DNA from: Candidatus Rokuibacteriota bacterium
Lineage (GTDB): Bacteria > Methylomirabilota > Methylomirabilia > Rokubacteriales > DASRDR01
Direction of reading: 5' to 3'
NCBI GenBank assembly: GCA_044866005.1
Contig: JBIOTN010000145.1
Location: 1 to 38,741 of the forward strand
DNA: 38,741 nucleotides
Part shown: positions 7,620 through 16,577 of the stretch, in pieces
Layout: every line of letters starts with the position of its first letter
Numbering within the stretch: the stretch's first letter is position 1
Notes under the pieces: generated by a model
Seen by the model: the letters and a program-made list of their open reading frames with translations, nothing else
Database searches by the model: none
Told to the model about the DNA's origin: nothing
Position numbers and translations under genes: made by a program

Positions 7620-9098
7620 CTAGCCGCGTTTGATCCCCGCCGCAGCGACGGCCGGCCGCGGACGCCGGCGAACCAGGATCGCGGCCAGCGCGGCGAGCCC
7701 GACGAGCGCCACGGCCGTCGCCAGGGTCGGGCGATAGACATAGGTGTCCACGGCGCGGAATCCCGGGTTCCGGAAGAGAGAGGACGGAGGTGTCAGCTCG
7801 ACGTCGAACCCCGCGGCCGCCACGCGCTCGGGCTCGGCCGGCGTCCACGCCTCTCCCGCGCCGGAGGGCGCCAGGACGCCCGGCGCGCTCGCGTAGTAGT
7901 GTGCCCATCGCGGCAGGAGGACGGCGTCCACGCGCGGCGGCGAGGCCTGGCCGACGAGGATCGCGCGCAGCGCTCCGGCGTCCGCGGCCTGGACGGTGAC
8001 CGGCAGCTCCGGCGTCGGCCCGCCCGCCGGCGGCACGCGGAGGCGCTGGAAGGCCACCGGGCGGAGCGGCGCGCGAACGGGCGCCAGCGCCTCGGGCCGG
8101 GCGCGACGGTCGACGACGAGAACGGCCGACGCGCCCGGCTCGAGCACGATCTCGGGCGGCCCCACGGATTCCCGCGGCTCGGCCGGCGGGATGCCGTACG
8201 TCAGCGTCTGGCTGACGGCGTGTCCCACCGCCGCCTGCCGGAGCGCGCCGACGTCCACGCGCCGGATCAGGAGCGGGGGCTCGGCCCGCACCAGGTAGCG
8301 GTCTTCGGCGACGAGCTGGCCGCGCGGCTCGTCGTACTCGAGACGGGAGGTCGCGGTCACCGAGACCCCGCCGCCGGTGAGCGCGCGCACGAGCCCGGCG
8401 ACCGTGGCGTCCACCCGCGCGAGGTCCTCACGGAGCGCCCGGAACGACACGCTCGCCATCGCCGCGGGATCGAGGGCACGGGCGACGACCCCGAGCTCGA
8501 GCTCGCTTCGCGCCCCGGCCAGGCGGGTCTCGAGGTCCGCGAACCAGGCCTCGAGCCTCGCGCGCCGGCTGTCCAGGTCGCGGAACTCCGGGGCGGTCAG
8601 CGTCAACGCGAGCCGGCGCACCGCCTCCTCCACCGCGGCCGCCTCGGCCGGGGCCCCCGCGGCGAGCCGCGCGCCCTCGCGGCCCGCCGCGACGGCGGCT
8701 GCCGCGCGCCGCTCGAGGTTTCCGGCCGTGTAGCGGAGCTCCTCGAGCCGTCGTTCGGCGAGCCGCGCCCGCAACGCCGTCGGCGGTCCGGCCGGCGCCT
8801 CCTGCCGCCCCTGCCAGCGCGAGGCGACCCAATCGAGGCCCGGGAGCGCCGTCATGACGAGGGTCACCTCGTCGGTCGCGTAGCTGACTGGCGGCGGCGC
8901 CGCGTACCAGTGAAGCCGCACGCCGGCGACCGCGGCCAGGAGGACGAGGCCGAGGACGAGCCAGGCCACGGCCCGAGCACGGCGGCCGAGGACGAGGAGC
9001 ACGACCAGCGCGGCGACCCAGACGGCGCCGAGAACGAGGTTGAGGGCCGTCCCCGCCAGCACGAGGGCGAGGATTGCCGTGAGGAGCGCCGCTCTCAC
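7620..9098 (-). CDS. Hypothetical membrane protein (N-terminal TM helices, helical/coiled-coil region, C-terminal TM anchor)
   Basis: Hydrophobic N- and C-terminal segments; GTG start overlaps the upstream TGA. Confidence 0.7.
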   Translation of the reverse strand: MRAALLTAILALVLAGTALNLVLGAVWVAALVVLLVLGRRARAVAWLVLGLVLLAAVAGVRLHWYAAPPPVSYATDEVTLVMTALPGLDWVASRWQGRQEAPAGPPTALRARLAERRLEELRYTAGNLERRAAAAVAAGREGARLAAGAPAEAAAVEEAVRRLALTLTAPEFRDLDSRRARLEAWFADLETRLAGARSELELGVVARALDPAAMASVSFRALREDLARVDATVAGLVRALTGGGVSVTATSRLEYDEPRGQLVAEDRYLVRAEPPLLIRRVDVGALRQAAVGHAVSQTLTYGIPPAEPRESVGPPEIVLEPGASAVLVVDRRARPEALAPVRAPLRPVAFQRLRVPPAGGPTPELPVTVQAADAGALRAILVGQASPPRVDAVLLPRWAHYYASAPGVLAPSGAGEAWTPAEPERVAAAGFDVELTPPSSLFRNPGFRAVDTYVYRPTLATAVALVGLAALAAILVRRRPRPAVAAAGIKRG

Positions 9099-9703
9099 CG
9101 CGCGGGTGGGCCGGCGCCGCGAAGCCGCACGATGGTCGCCCCCCAGCCGCCGCGCTCCGGCGGCGCGTCATCGAAGGCGACCACGGCGGGCGAGGCCGCC
9201 AGGATGCGCCGTACCGTGTCCCGCTGGACGCCGCGCCCCCGCCCGTGAATCAGCCGGACCGAGGCGAAGCCCGCGGCCACCGCCTGGACGAGGTACTCGG
9301 CCACCACGTCCGCCACCTCGTCGGGCCGGAACGGGTGCAGGTCGAGGGCCTCCTCGACGGGCACAACCACGGCCTCGATCCCGATCGCATCGCCGAGGCG
9401 CACGACGCCCGGCGCCACGACACCGGCCGGGCGCCTCGGCGAGACGCCCGCGACCCCCGCCTCGCAGAGCCCGCCCGGGGCCGAGCCGGGATCGCCGGCG
9501 GCCGGGGCCGCGCCGGTGAGCTCGACGACGACCGCAGCGCCGAGCCGGAGCCGCGTCCCGGGCGGAAGGTCCGCGACCGGCGGACCGGCGACGGTGAGGA
9601 GCTCCTTCAGCGCGCCCGGCAGGAGGCGCGCCTCGCGGACCGTCCCCGCGCGCCCCGGCGGCTGGATCCCGACGACCCGGCCGGCCGCGAGATCGGCCGT
9701 CAT
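9095..9703 (-). CDS. Smr/MutS2-C domain protein with a degenerate N-terminal MOSC-like region
   Basis: LDLH, LIHGRGRGV and GGWGAT Smr motifs; N-terminal DLPPGTRLRLG-x-VVVELT and GVVRLGD resemble MOSC; ATGA overlap with the amidase stop. Confidence 0.8.
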   Translation of the reverse strand: MTADLAAGRVVGIQPPGRAGTVREARLLPGALKELLTVAGPPVADLPPGTRLRLGAAVVVELTGAAPAAGDPGSAPGGLCEAGVAGVSPRRPAGVVAPGVVRLGDAIGIEAVVVPVEEALDLHPFRPDEVADVVAEYLVQAVAAGFASVRLIHGRGRGVQRDTVRRILAASPAVVAFDDAPPERGGWGATIVRLRGAGPPAR

Positions 9704-11109
9704 GCGACCGCTGGCCGCCGCGCGTGCCAGTCCGTCGCTTCCTCGTAGGCGTGGGCGAGACGGAGGATGCTCGCCTCGTCGAAAGCGCGGCCGACCACCT
9801 GGCAGGAGAGCGGGAGGCCCCCGCGGCTCAGCCCGCACGGCACCGCGATCGCCGGGTGGCCGGTCAGGTTGAAGAGCCGCGTGAACATCGTGAACGCGCT
9901 GCGCGGTGTCTCCACGCGGCCCCGCACGGTGAGCTCGACGGCGGCAACCGGGGGCGCGGCGACCGGCAGGGTGGGCGTGAGCAGGCAGTCCACGCGCCGG
10001 AGCGCCTGCTCGACGTCGTCGCGGATCACCAGGCGGGCGCGCTGGGCCGTCACGTAGTCCGTCGCGGTGAGAAAGCGCCCGACCAGGAGACGCTGGCGCA
10101 CGTCGGGCGCGTACTCGCGCGCGTGACGGGAGAGCAGTGGCGCGTGATACGCGAGCGCCTCCGGGGCGATGATCCCGAGGCTCGCGCCGAGCGCGAAGCG
10201 TGCCGTGGGAAACGCGACCTCTGCCACCACGCAGCCGAGCCGCTCGAGGGTAGCGACGGTGCCCGCCACCGCCGCCTGGACCTCGTCCTCCGCCTGGCGC
10301 AGGTACTCGCCCACCAGGCCGATGCGCATTCCCCGGACCGACCCGGACAGGGCCGCGACGTAGTCAGGGACGGGCTGCCGGCTGCTCGACGGATCGGCGG
10401 GGTCGGCCCCGGCGATCGCCGACAGGATGGCCGCCGCATCCGCCGCGCGTCGGGCCAGCGGCCCCGCGTGGTCGAGGCTCCAGGAGAGCGGCAAGACGCC
10501 GGCGCGGCTGACCCGCCCGTACGTCGGCTTGAGGCCGACGACGCCGCACAGGGCGGCGGGCATCCGGATCGAGCCGCCCGTGTCCGAGCCCAGCGCGGCG
10601 GGCGACAGTCCCGCGGCCACCGCCACGGCGGAGCCCGAGGACGAGCCTCCGGGAAGCCGGTGGACCGTCGCGTCCCAGGGATTCCAGGGCGTCCCGAAGT
10701 GCGGATTCGTGCCCTCCGGTCCGTAGGCGAACTCGTGGAGGTTCAGCTTGCCGAGAATCACCGCGCCGGCTGCCCGGAGCCGCGCGACGACGGTGGCGTC
10801 CGCCCGGGCCGGCTCGGTGAGGAAGCGTGAGCCCCCCGTGGTCGGCGTTCCCGCGACGGCGAAAAGGTCCTTCACCGCGACCGGCACGCCGTGGAGCGGC
10901 GGGAGCGACCCTCCGGCCGCCACGGCGGCCTCCGCCGCGCGGGCCGCCTCCAGGGCCGAGTCCGCGAACACCGCGAGATAGCTCCGGAGCCGGCCGTCGA
11001 GCTGCTCGATCCGCGTCAGGTGTGCCTGGAGGACCTCGACCGGCGAGACCTTTTTCGTCGCGATCCCGCGGGCGAGGTCGAGGACCCCGAGCCAGTGGAG
11101 GTCGCTCAC
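9700..11109 (-). CDS. Amidase-signature family enzyme (GatA/AtzE-like)
   Basis: VAVKDLF, GGSSSGSAVAVAAG and LGSDTGGSIRMPA (Lys-cisSer-Ser triad). Confidence 0.92.
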   Translation of the reverse strand: MSDLHWLGVLDLARGIATKKVSPVEVLQAHLTRIEQLDGRLRSYLAVFADSALEAARAAEAAVAAGGSLPPLHGVPVAVKDLFAVAGTPTTGGSRFLTEPARADATVVARLRAAGAVILGKLNLHEFAYGPEGTNPHFGTPWNPWDATVHRLPGGSSSGSAVAVAAGLSPAALGSDTGGSIRMPAALCGVVGLKPTYGRVSRAGVLPLSWSLDHAGPLARRAADAAAILSAIAGADPADPSSSRQPVPDYVAALSGSVRGMRIGLVGEYLRQAEDEVQAAVAGTVATLERLGCVVAEVAFPTARFALGASLGIIAPEALAYHAPLLSRHAREYAPDVRQRLLVGRFLTATDYVTAQRARLVIRDDVEQALRRVDCLLTPTLPVAAPPVAAVELTVRGRVETPRSAFTMFTRLFNLTGHPAIAVPCGLSRGGLPLSCQVVGRAFDEASILRLAHAYEEATDWHARRPAVA

Positions 11110-11164
11110 GGCGCCAGGCGGCGGTCACACATGGCAGCCCCTCGTCGGCTCGCGACGGCCCCGC

Positions 11165-11347
11165 TCACGGGGCGAAGCCGTAGACCGGCGCCGGCTCGGC
11201 ATCCCCCAGGGCCAGCGCCTCGAGCCCGCGCACCGCCGCCACCACCCGCCGGGCCTGCGCGGCGACGGCCTCCGCCTCATCATGCGGCAGCCCGAGCTCG
11301 GTGGTGAGCTCGCGGGCAAGGCGCTCGACGTCGTCAGCGGCTGCCAT
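11165..11347 (-). CDS. Small AtzG/GatC-like accessory subunit of the amidase
   Basis: 60 aa helical protein ending EPAPVY, directly upstream of an amidase; TGGTATAGT extended -10 upstream. Confidence 0.65.
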   Translation of the reverse strand: MAAADDVERLARELTTELGLPHDEAEAVAAQARRVVAAVRGLEALALGDAEPAPVYGFAP

Positions 11348-11437
11348 GGTCCCCCGCCCTCCGGTCCGTCACTCGGGCGCTACTATACCAGCGCCCCGCC
11401 CTGCGGGTCGAGCCGAGCCGTTTGCTAGAATGCGCTC

Positions 11438-13291
11438 GTGACAGGGGTCCCGATCACCTTCCTGCCGGCGGGCCGGACGATCGCCGCCGAGCCGGGCGTG
11501 CCGCTCCTCCGGGCTGCCCACGCGCACGGCATCGACGTCACCGCGACGTGCGGCGGCCGCGGCCGCTGCACGTCCTGCCGCGTCAAGTTCGTCGCCGGCA
11601 CCGTCACCCCGCCCACGATCAGCGACGAGCTCCAGCTCGGCCCGGACCTCGTGCGCGAAGGCTACCGGCTCTCCTGCCAGGCCCTCGCGTCGGAGCCGGC
11701 GACGGTGCAGATCGCTCCCCCGCTCGACGAGAGCGCGTTCCAGATCCTCGGCGTGGAGCGGGACCCGCTCGCCCTCGCGCGCGTGACCCTCGACTCGGGC
11801 GTCCGGAAGCGCCACGTCCAGGTGGAGCTGCCGCGGGAGGAGCACCACCAGACCTCCGACCTCGAGCAGCTCTGTCGCGCCGCGGAGGTCGCGCCGGCCG
11901 ACGTGCCGCTCGACCTCGTCCAGGCGCTCCCATCCCTCCTCCGCGAGGCCAAGGGCGAGCTGACCGTGGCGACGTTCCACGGTCGGCCGCTGGCGATCGA
12001 GCGCGGGGACACGGCCGCGATGGCGTTCGGGCTCGCCGTGGACGTCGGCACCACCAGCGTCGTGACGAGCCTTCTCGAGCTGGGCTCCGGCGAGGTGATG
12101 GCCTCGGTGTCGAGCCTCAACCCGCAGGCCGTCTTCGGCGGCGACCTCATGAGCCGGATCGCGTTCGCGCAGTGGAACCCGGCCAACGTGCGGAAGCTCC
12201 AGTCGCGGATCGTCGCGCTCCTGAACCAGCAGATCGACGAGCTCCTGGCGCGCTCGGGCGTGCTGTCCCAGTGGGTCTACAAGGTCACCGTGGTCGGCAA
12301 CACGTGCATGCACCACATGCTGCTCGGCATCGACCCCACGCACGTCGGGCTGGCCCCGTATGCGCCGGTGCTGCGCCACGGAATGCTCCTGTCGGCGCGC
12401 ACGCTCCACCTCAAGGTCAACCCGGAGGCGCGCGTCTGCCTGCTGCCCCTCGTGGCGGGGTTCGTCGGGGCCGACGCCGTCGGCGTCGCCCTGGCCACGC
12501 GGATCTACGAAAGCCCGGTCATGCGCGCCGCGGTGGACATCGGCACGAACGGCGAGGTGCTGATGGGGACGCGCCAGCGCCTGCTGGCGTGCTCGGCCCC
12601 GGCCGGACCGGCCCTGGAAGGCGCGCAGATCCGCCACGGCATGCGCGGCGCCGTCGGCGCGATCGACCGCGTGTGGCTGGAGGGCGCGACGCTCCGCTAC
12701 CACGTCATCGGCGAGGGCGCGCCCCAGGGGATCTGTGGCTCAGGGCTGATCGACGCCGTCGCCGTCGCGCTCGACGCCGGGCTCATCGACTCGACCGGCC
12801 TCATCCAGGTCGAAGCCCGGGAGAGCCTGCCGGCGACACTGCGCGACCGGGTGGAGCTGCGCGGCGAGGAGCGCGTGGTGATCCTCGTCCCGCGCGGCGA
12901 CGCGGTCGGCGACGGGGAGATCGTGCTCTCCCAGGATGACATCCGCCAGGTTCAGCTCGCGAAGGGCGCGATCGCGGGCGGGATCCGCATGCTCCAGCAC
13001 CTCCTCCGCATCCCCGACGCGGACCTGGCCGAGCTCATGCTCGCGGGCGGCTTCGGCAACTACCTCTCCATCCGGAGCGCCGTGCGGATCGGCCTGATCC
13101 CGGCGTTGCCCGCGGAGCGCATCCGGTACGTGGGGAATGCGGCCGCGCTCGGGGCCCAGCTTGCGCTCGTCTCCGAGCCGGAGCGGGCGCGCGCCGAGGA
13201 GATCGCGCGCTCGATCGAGCACGTCTCGCTCGCCTCGCACCCCGACTTCCAGGACATCTTCGTCGAGGCCATGAACTTCCCGGCCGCCTAG
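11438..13291 (+). CDS. [2Fe-2S]-ASKHA ATPase, reductive activator of corrinoid proteins (RACo/DUF4445 type)
   Basis: N-terminal CGGRGRCTSC...RLSCQ; DVGTTS and DIGTNGE ASKHA motifs; AGPALEG, GICGSG, QLAKGAI and AGGFG. Confidence 0.9.
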   Translation: MTGVPITFLPAGRTIAAEPGVPLLRAAHAHGIDVTATCGGRGRCTSCRVKFVAGTVTPPTISDELQLGPDLVREGYRLSCQALASEPATVQIAPPLDESAFQILGVERDPLALARVTLDSGVRKRHVQVELPREEHHQTSDLEQLCRAAEVAPADVPLDLVQALPSLLREAKGELTVATFHGRPLAIERGDTAAMAFGLAVDVGTTSVVTSLLELGSGEVMASVSSLNPQAVFGGDLMSRIAFAQWNPANVRKLQSRIVALLNQQIDELLARSGVLSQWVYKVTVVGNTCMHHMLLGIDPTHVGLAPYAPVLRHGMLLSARTLHLKVNPEARVCLLPLVAGFVGADAVGVALATRIYESPVMRAAVDIGTNGEVLMGTRQRLLACSAPAGPALEGAQIRHGMRGAVGAIDRVWLEGATLRYHVIGEGAPQGICGSGLIDAVAVALDAGLIDSTGLIQVEARESLPATLRDRVELRGEERVVILVPRGDAVGDGEIVLSQDDIRQVQLAKGAIAGGIRMLQHLLRIPDADLAELMLAGGFGNYLSIRSAVRIGLIPALPAERIRYVGNAAALGAQLALVSEPERARAEEIARSIEHVSLASHPDFQDIFVEAMNFPAA

Positions 13292-13328
13292 CGGCCTTGC
13301 CGAGGTCTCGGCGGCCGGGCCGGCCCCG

Positions 13329-13661
13329 CTACCCGGTCCAGGGACGGAGCAGCACGCGGAGCGCCGCGACGAGGACGACGCCTGCCGCCACGGCCACGAA
13401 GAGGTTCCGGCCCCGCCGCGCGAGCACCGCGACCAGGAGCGCCGCGGGAAGCTGCGGCAGCGCCGCCGCCGCGGGAACGCCCGGAGGGGCGACCACCAGC
13501 GGCACCGCCAGCGCCGTCATGAGGGCGATGGGCAGCGCGGCGAAGTAGCGCTCGAGCCACCCCGGCAGGCGGCGCCGGGCCAGCGCCACGAAGAGGGGTG
13601 CCCGCGTCAGGTACGTGGCCACGCCCATCGCCGCGAACGTCAGGACGAGGCCCGACCTCAC
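13329..13661 (-). CDS. azlD: AzlD-family branched-chain amino acid exporter small subunit
   Basis: 110 aa hydrophobic protein (MGVATYLTRAPLF); GTG overlaps the azlC stop. Confidence 0.8.
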   Translation of the reverse strand: MRSGLVLTFAAMGVATYLTRAPLFVALARRRLPGWLERYFAALPIALMTALAVPLVVAPPGVPAAAALPQLPAALLVAVLARRGRNLFVAVAAGVVLVAALRVLLRPWTG

Positions 13662-14407
13662 GGGGCCTCCGCCGATGCCGCCGGCCTCAGGCGAACGCCG
13701 AGCGCCGCCGCCCCCAGGCCGGCCACCACGACGTGCCACATCCCACCCACGCTCCACGCCACGGCCAGCGCCACGACGGCCGCGGTGGCCGCCACGCCCC
13801 AGCGCCAGGCCGCCGTGAGCTCGCGCGCCAGGATGGCCACGAACACCGCCGGAAAGACGAAATCCAGGCCGAAGCGCGCCGGATCCGGCACCCGGCCCCC
13901 GAGCACCGCTCCGGCCAGGGCCCCGGCGTACCAGGCCAGGTACACCGCGGCCGCACAGCCGATGAAGTACGCGGGCCGCGCCGGCTGCCGGGCGAAGCGG
14001 GCCTGCGTGAGCGCGTAGGCCTCGTCGGAGATCCCGTGAGCGAGGAGCGCGAGACGCCCGCGCGAGACGCCCGCGAAGTGGGGCGCGAGGGACGCGGCCA
14101 TCAGGTAATGGCGGAGGTTCACGACGTACGTCGTCAGGACGAGCAGCGCCGGCGGGGCACCCGCGCTCAGCATCGGCAGCGCGACGAACTGCGCGGTGCC
14201 GGCCGAGACCAGCAGGCACATCGCCAGGATCTCGGCCGGCGTGAGTCCCGTCTGGCGCGCGAGGCCGCCCCACACCGCCCCGTACGCGAGGATGCTCGGG
14301 ACGACCGTCGTCACCGCGTCCCGCGCCCCGGCCCGGAGCTCGTGCCGCGCCGACCGGCGCGCCCCGCCGGGGAGCGGCGGGGGCGGCGGCGCGCCCCGCT
14401 CGATCAC
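13658..14407 (-). CDS. azlC: AzlC-family branched-chain amino acid exporter permease
   Basis: AGTAQF, VNLRHYLM, ISDEAYA and GLDFVFPAVF motifs. Confidence 0.88.
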   Translation of the reverse strand: MIERGAPPPPPLPGGARRSARHELRAGARDAVTTVVPSILAYGAVWGGLARQTGLTPAEILAMCLLVSAGTAQFVALPMLSAGAPPALLVLTTYVVNLRHYLMAASLAPHFAGVSRGRLALLAHGISDEAYALTQARFARQPARPAYFIGCAAAVYLAWYAGALAGAVLGGRVPDPARFGLDFVFPAVFVAILARELTAAWRWGVAATAAVVALAVAWSVGGMWHVVVAGLGAAALGVRLRPAASAEAP

Positions 14408-14429
14408 CGGCCGCTCCCCACGGACGCCA

Positions 14430-15497
14430 TCACCGGCCGACGTGGAACCGGATGTGGCAGACCTCGCCGTCCTTGACCGGATACTCCTTGCCCTCGAGCC
14501 GGAGCGTACCGCGCCGCCGCGCTTCGGCCAGCGAGCCGGCTTCGAGCAGCTCCGCCCAGCCGATCACCTCGGCGCGGATGAACCCGCGGGCCATGTCCGA
14601 ATGAATGGTGCCGGCGGCCGCCAGCGCCGTCCCCCCGCCCGGCAGCGTCCACGCGCGCACCTCGTCCTCCCCGACCGTGAAGAAGGTCACCAGGCGGAGG
14701 AGCGCGGAGGCGTCGCGGACGAGGCGGTGGAGGGCCGGCTCCGGGAGCCCCAGGGCGTCGAGGAACGCCCGCTGCTCGGGCGACGGCAGCGCCGCGACCT
14801 CGGCCTCGACGGCCGCGGAGATCCAGCCGACCATCGTCGCCGGCCGGGTGGCGACCTCCGCGAGGCGCGCCAGGGCGTCGTCCCGCCCGGCGAGGTCGGA
14901 CTCGGCCAGGTTCAGGCAGTGGAGGATCGGCTTGAGCGACAGGAACTGGAAGCCGCGCAACACCCCCGCCTCGTCCGGCGAGAGCAGTTGCGCGCGCAGC
15001 GGCGTCCCCTCCTCGAGGGGGCCCCGCACGCGGGCCAGCAACGCCTGCTCCCGCTGCTCGGCGGGGGTGGGCTTCCGCTTGAGCCCCGGTCCGAGCTTCT
15101 CGAGCCGCCGCTCGACGATCTCGAGATCGGCCAGGACCAGCTCCTCCTCGAGCGCCGCGACCTCCCGGGCCCCGTCGGGAGCCGCGCCGAGCGTCGGCGA
15201 GGGAAACGCGCGCACCAGGTGGAGGAGGGCATCGGCGTTCCGGAGATCGACGACGTCGAGGCCGGCCCGTTCGCCCCGGTCGAAGCCCGCGAGGTCGACC
15301 ACGTCCACGCTCGCGAACACGGCGCGCCGGGGGGCGAACAGCTTGGCGAGCTGCACGAGTCGCTCGTCCGGGACGCGCGCCGCGCCCACGTGGAGCTCGC
15401 CGCGCGTTCCCTTCCGCGCGACCGCGCCCGCGCCGGTCAGCAGATCGAACAGCGTGGTCTTCCCACTCTGCGGAAAGCCGACGATCCCGATCTTCAT
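14430..15497 (-). CDS. ychF: Ribosome-associated ATPase YchF (Obg family)
   Basis: MKIGIVGFPQSGKTT P-loop, VPDERL, FFTVGEDEVRAW, AGTIHSDMARGFIRAE and EGKEYPVKDG. Real start is ATG 15497 within the longer ORF. Confidence 0.9.
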   Translation of the reverse strand: MKIGIVGFPQSGKTTLFDLLTGAGAVARKGTRGELHVGAARVPDERLVQLAKLFAPRRAVFASVDVVDLAGFDRGERAGLDVVDLRNADALLHLVRAFPSPTLGAAPDGAREVAALEEELVLADLEIVERRLEKLGPGLKRKPTPAEQREQALLARVRGPLEEGTPLRAQLLSPDEAGVLRGFQFLSLKPILHCLNLAESDLAGRDDALARLAEVATRPATMVGWISAAVEAEVAALPSPEQRAFLDALGLPEPALHRLVRDASALLRLVTFFTVGEDEVRAWTLPGGGTALAAAGTIHSDMARGFIRAEVIGWAELLEAGSLAEARRRGTLRLEGKEYPVKDGEVCHIRFHVGR

Positions 15498-15569
15498 GGC
15501 CGCCCGCGCACCAGGGGAGGGTACGCGAGCCACTCCGCCCTGTCCAGCGCGCGATGCCGCCCCCGCGCT

Positions 15570-15599
15570 TTGACCCTCGCCGGAGGCGTCTGCTAGAGT
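15570..15599 (+). promoter_or_regulatory. sigma70-type promoter of the EamA/HEXXH operon
   Basis: TTGACC, 18 bp spacer ending in TGC, TAGAGT; 9 nt before ATG 15609. Confidence 0.55.
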
Positions 15600-15608
15600 G
15601 AGCCCGCC

Positions 15609-16577
15609 ATGCCGGCCGCGAGCCAGCCGCGGGAGCTCGACGCGCGTGCGGTCGGCATGGTGGTCCTCCTCGCCGCGCTGTGGGGCGGGAACACCGTCGC
15701 GATCAAGATCGGCCTCGTCGACGCCCCGCCGCTGGCCCTGGCCTGGATCCGCTTCGTGCTGGGCGGCATCTGCGTCCTGCTCTGGGGCTGGTGGACCCGC
15801 GCGCCGTTCCGCCTCAAGCCCGGCGAATTCTGGCCGCTCCTCGGGCTGGGCCTCCTCTTCACCACCCAGCTCGCCCTCCTCAACGTCGGGACGTGGCTGT
15901 CCACGGCCGGTCACGCCTCGGTGCTCTTGAACGCCTATCCCGTCCACGTGGCCGTGATCGCCCACTTCCTCGTGCCGGGGGACCGCCTGACCGTGCCCAA
16001 GCTCGCGGGCGGCTTGCTCGGCTACGCCGGCATCCTCCTCCTCTTCGCCGACCAGTTCTTCGCGGCCGCTCCGCTGGGCCCGGACGTGTTCGCCGGCGAC
16101 CTCGTGCTCTCGGTGGCCGCGCTCCTTCTCGGCCTCCGTCAGGTCGTCCTGAACCGCCAGCTCCAGGTGATCCACCCCATCAAGCCACTGCTCGCCCAGG
16201 TGATCGTCGGGACACCCTTGCTCGTCGCCCTCTCCCTCCTGCTCGAGCGCCAGACCATCCGGCTCACCCCGGCCCTCATGGGCTCCCTCTTCTACCAGGG
16301 CATCGTCATCGCCGGCTTCAACTTCATCAGCCTCATGTGGCTCCTCAAGCTCTACCGTCCGAGCGCCGTCGCCGCCTTCTCGCTGACGACGCCCATCTTC
16401 GGCGTCCTCGCGACCGCGGCGATCCTCGACGAGCCGATCGGCTGGAGCCTCGGCCTCGCGACCATCCTCGTCGCGGCCGGCATCGCCGTCGCCACCGCCG
16501 TCTCCCGCCCGGGCCGCAGTCCGTCGCCGCGCGCCCGCCGGGCGGAGCGTCCGGCGGGCCGGGAGGCCGCCCCGTGA
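15609..16577 (+). CDS. DMT/EamA family transporter
   Basis: About 10 hydrophobic helices; LWGGNTVAIK, PPLALAWIRF and PIFGVLA...LDEP. Confidence 0.88.
   Translation: MPAASQPRELDARAVGMVVLLAALWGGNTVAIKIGLVDAPPLALAWIRFVLGGICVLLWGWWTRAPFRLKPGEFWPLLGLGLLFTTQLALLNVGTWLSTAGHASVLLNAYPVHVAVIAHFLVPGDRLTVPKLAGGLLGYAGILLLFADQFFAAAPLGPDVFAGDLVLSVAALLLGLRQVVLNRQLQVIHPIKPLLAQVIVGTPLLVALSLLLERQTIRLTPALMGSLFYQGIVIAGFNFISLMWLLKLYRPSAVAAFSLTTPIFGVLATAAILDEPIGWSLGLATILVAAGIAVATAVSRPGRSPSPRARRAERPAGREAAP

Noticed and set aside
9700..11347. gatC-gatA of the tRNA-dependent amidotransferase
   Set aside because: No gatB is adjacent, and the small protein is shorter than GatC and more AtzG-like.
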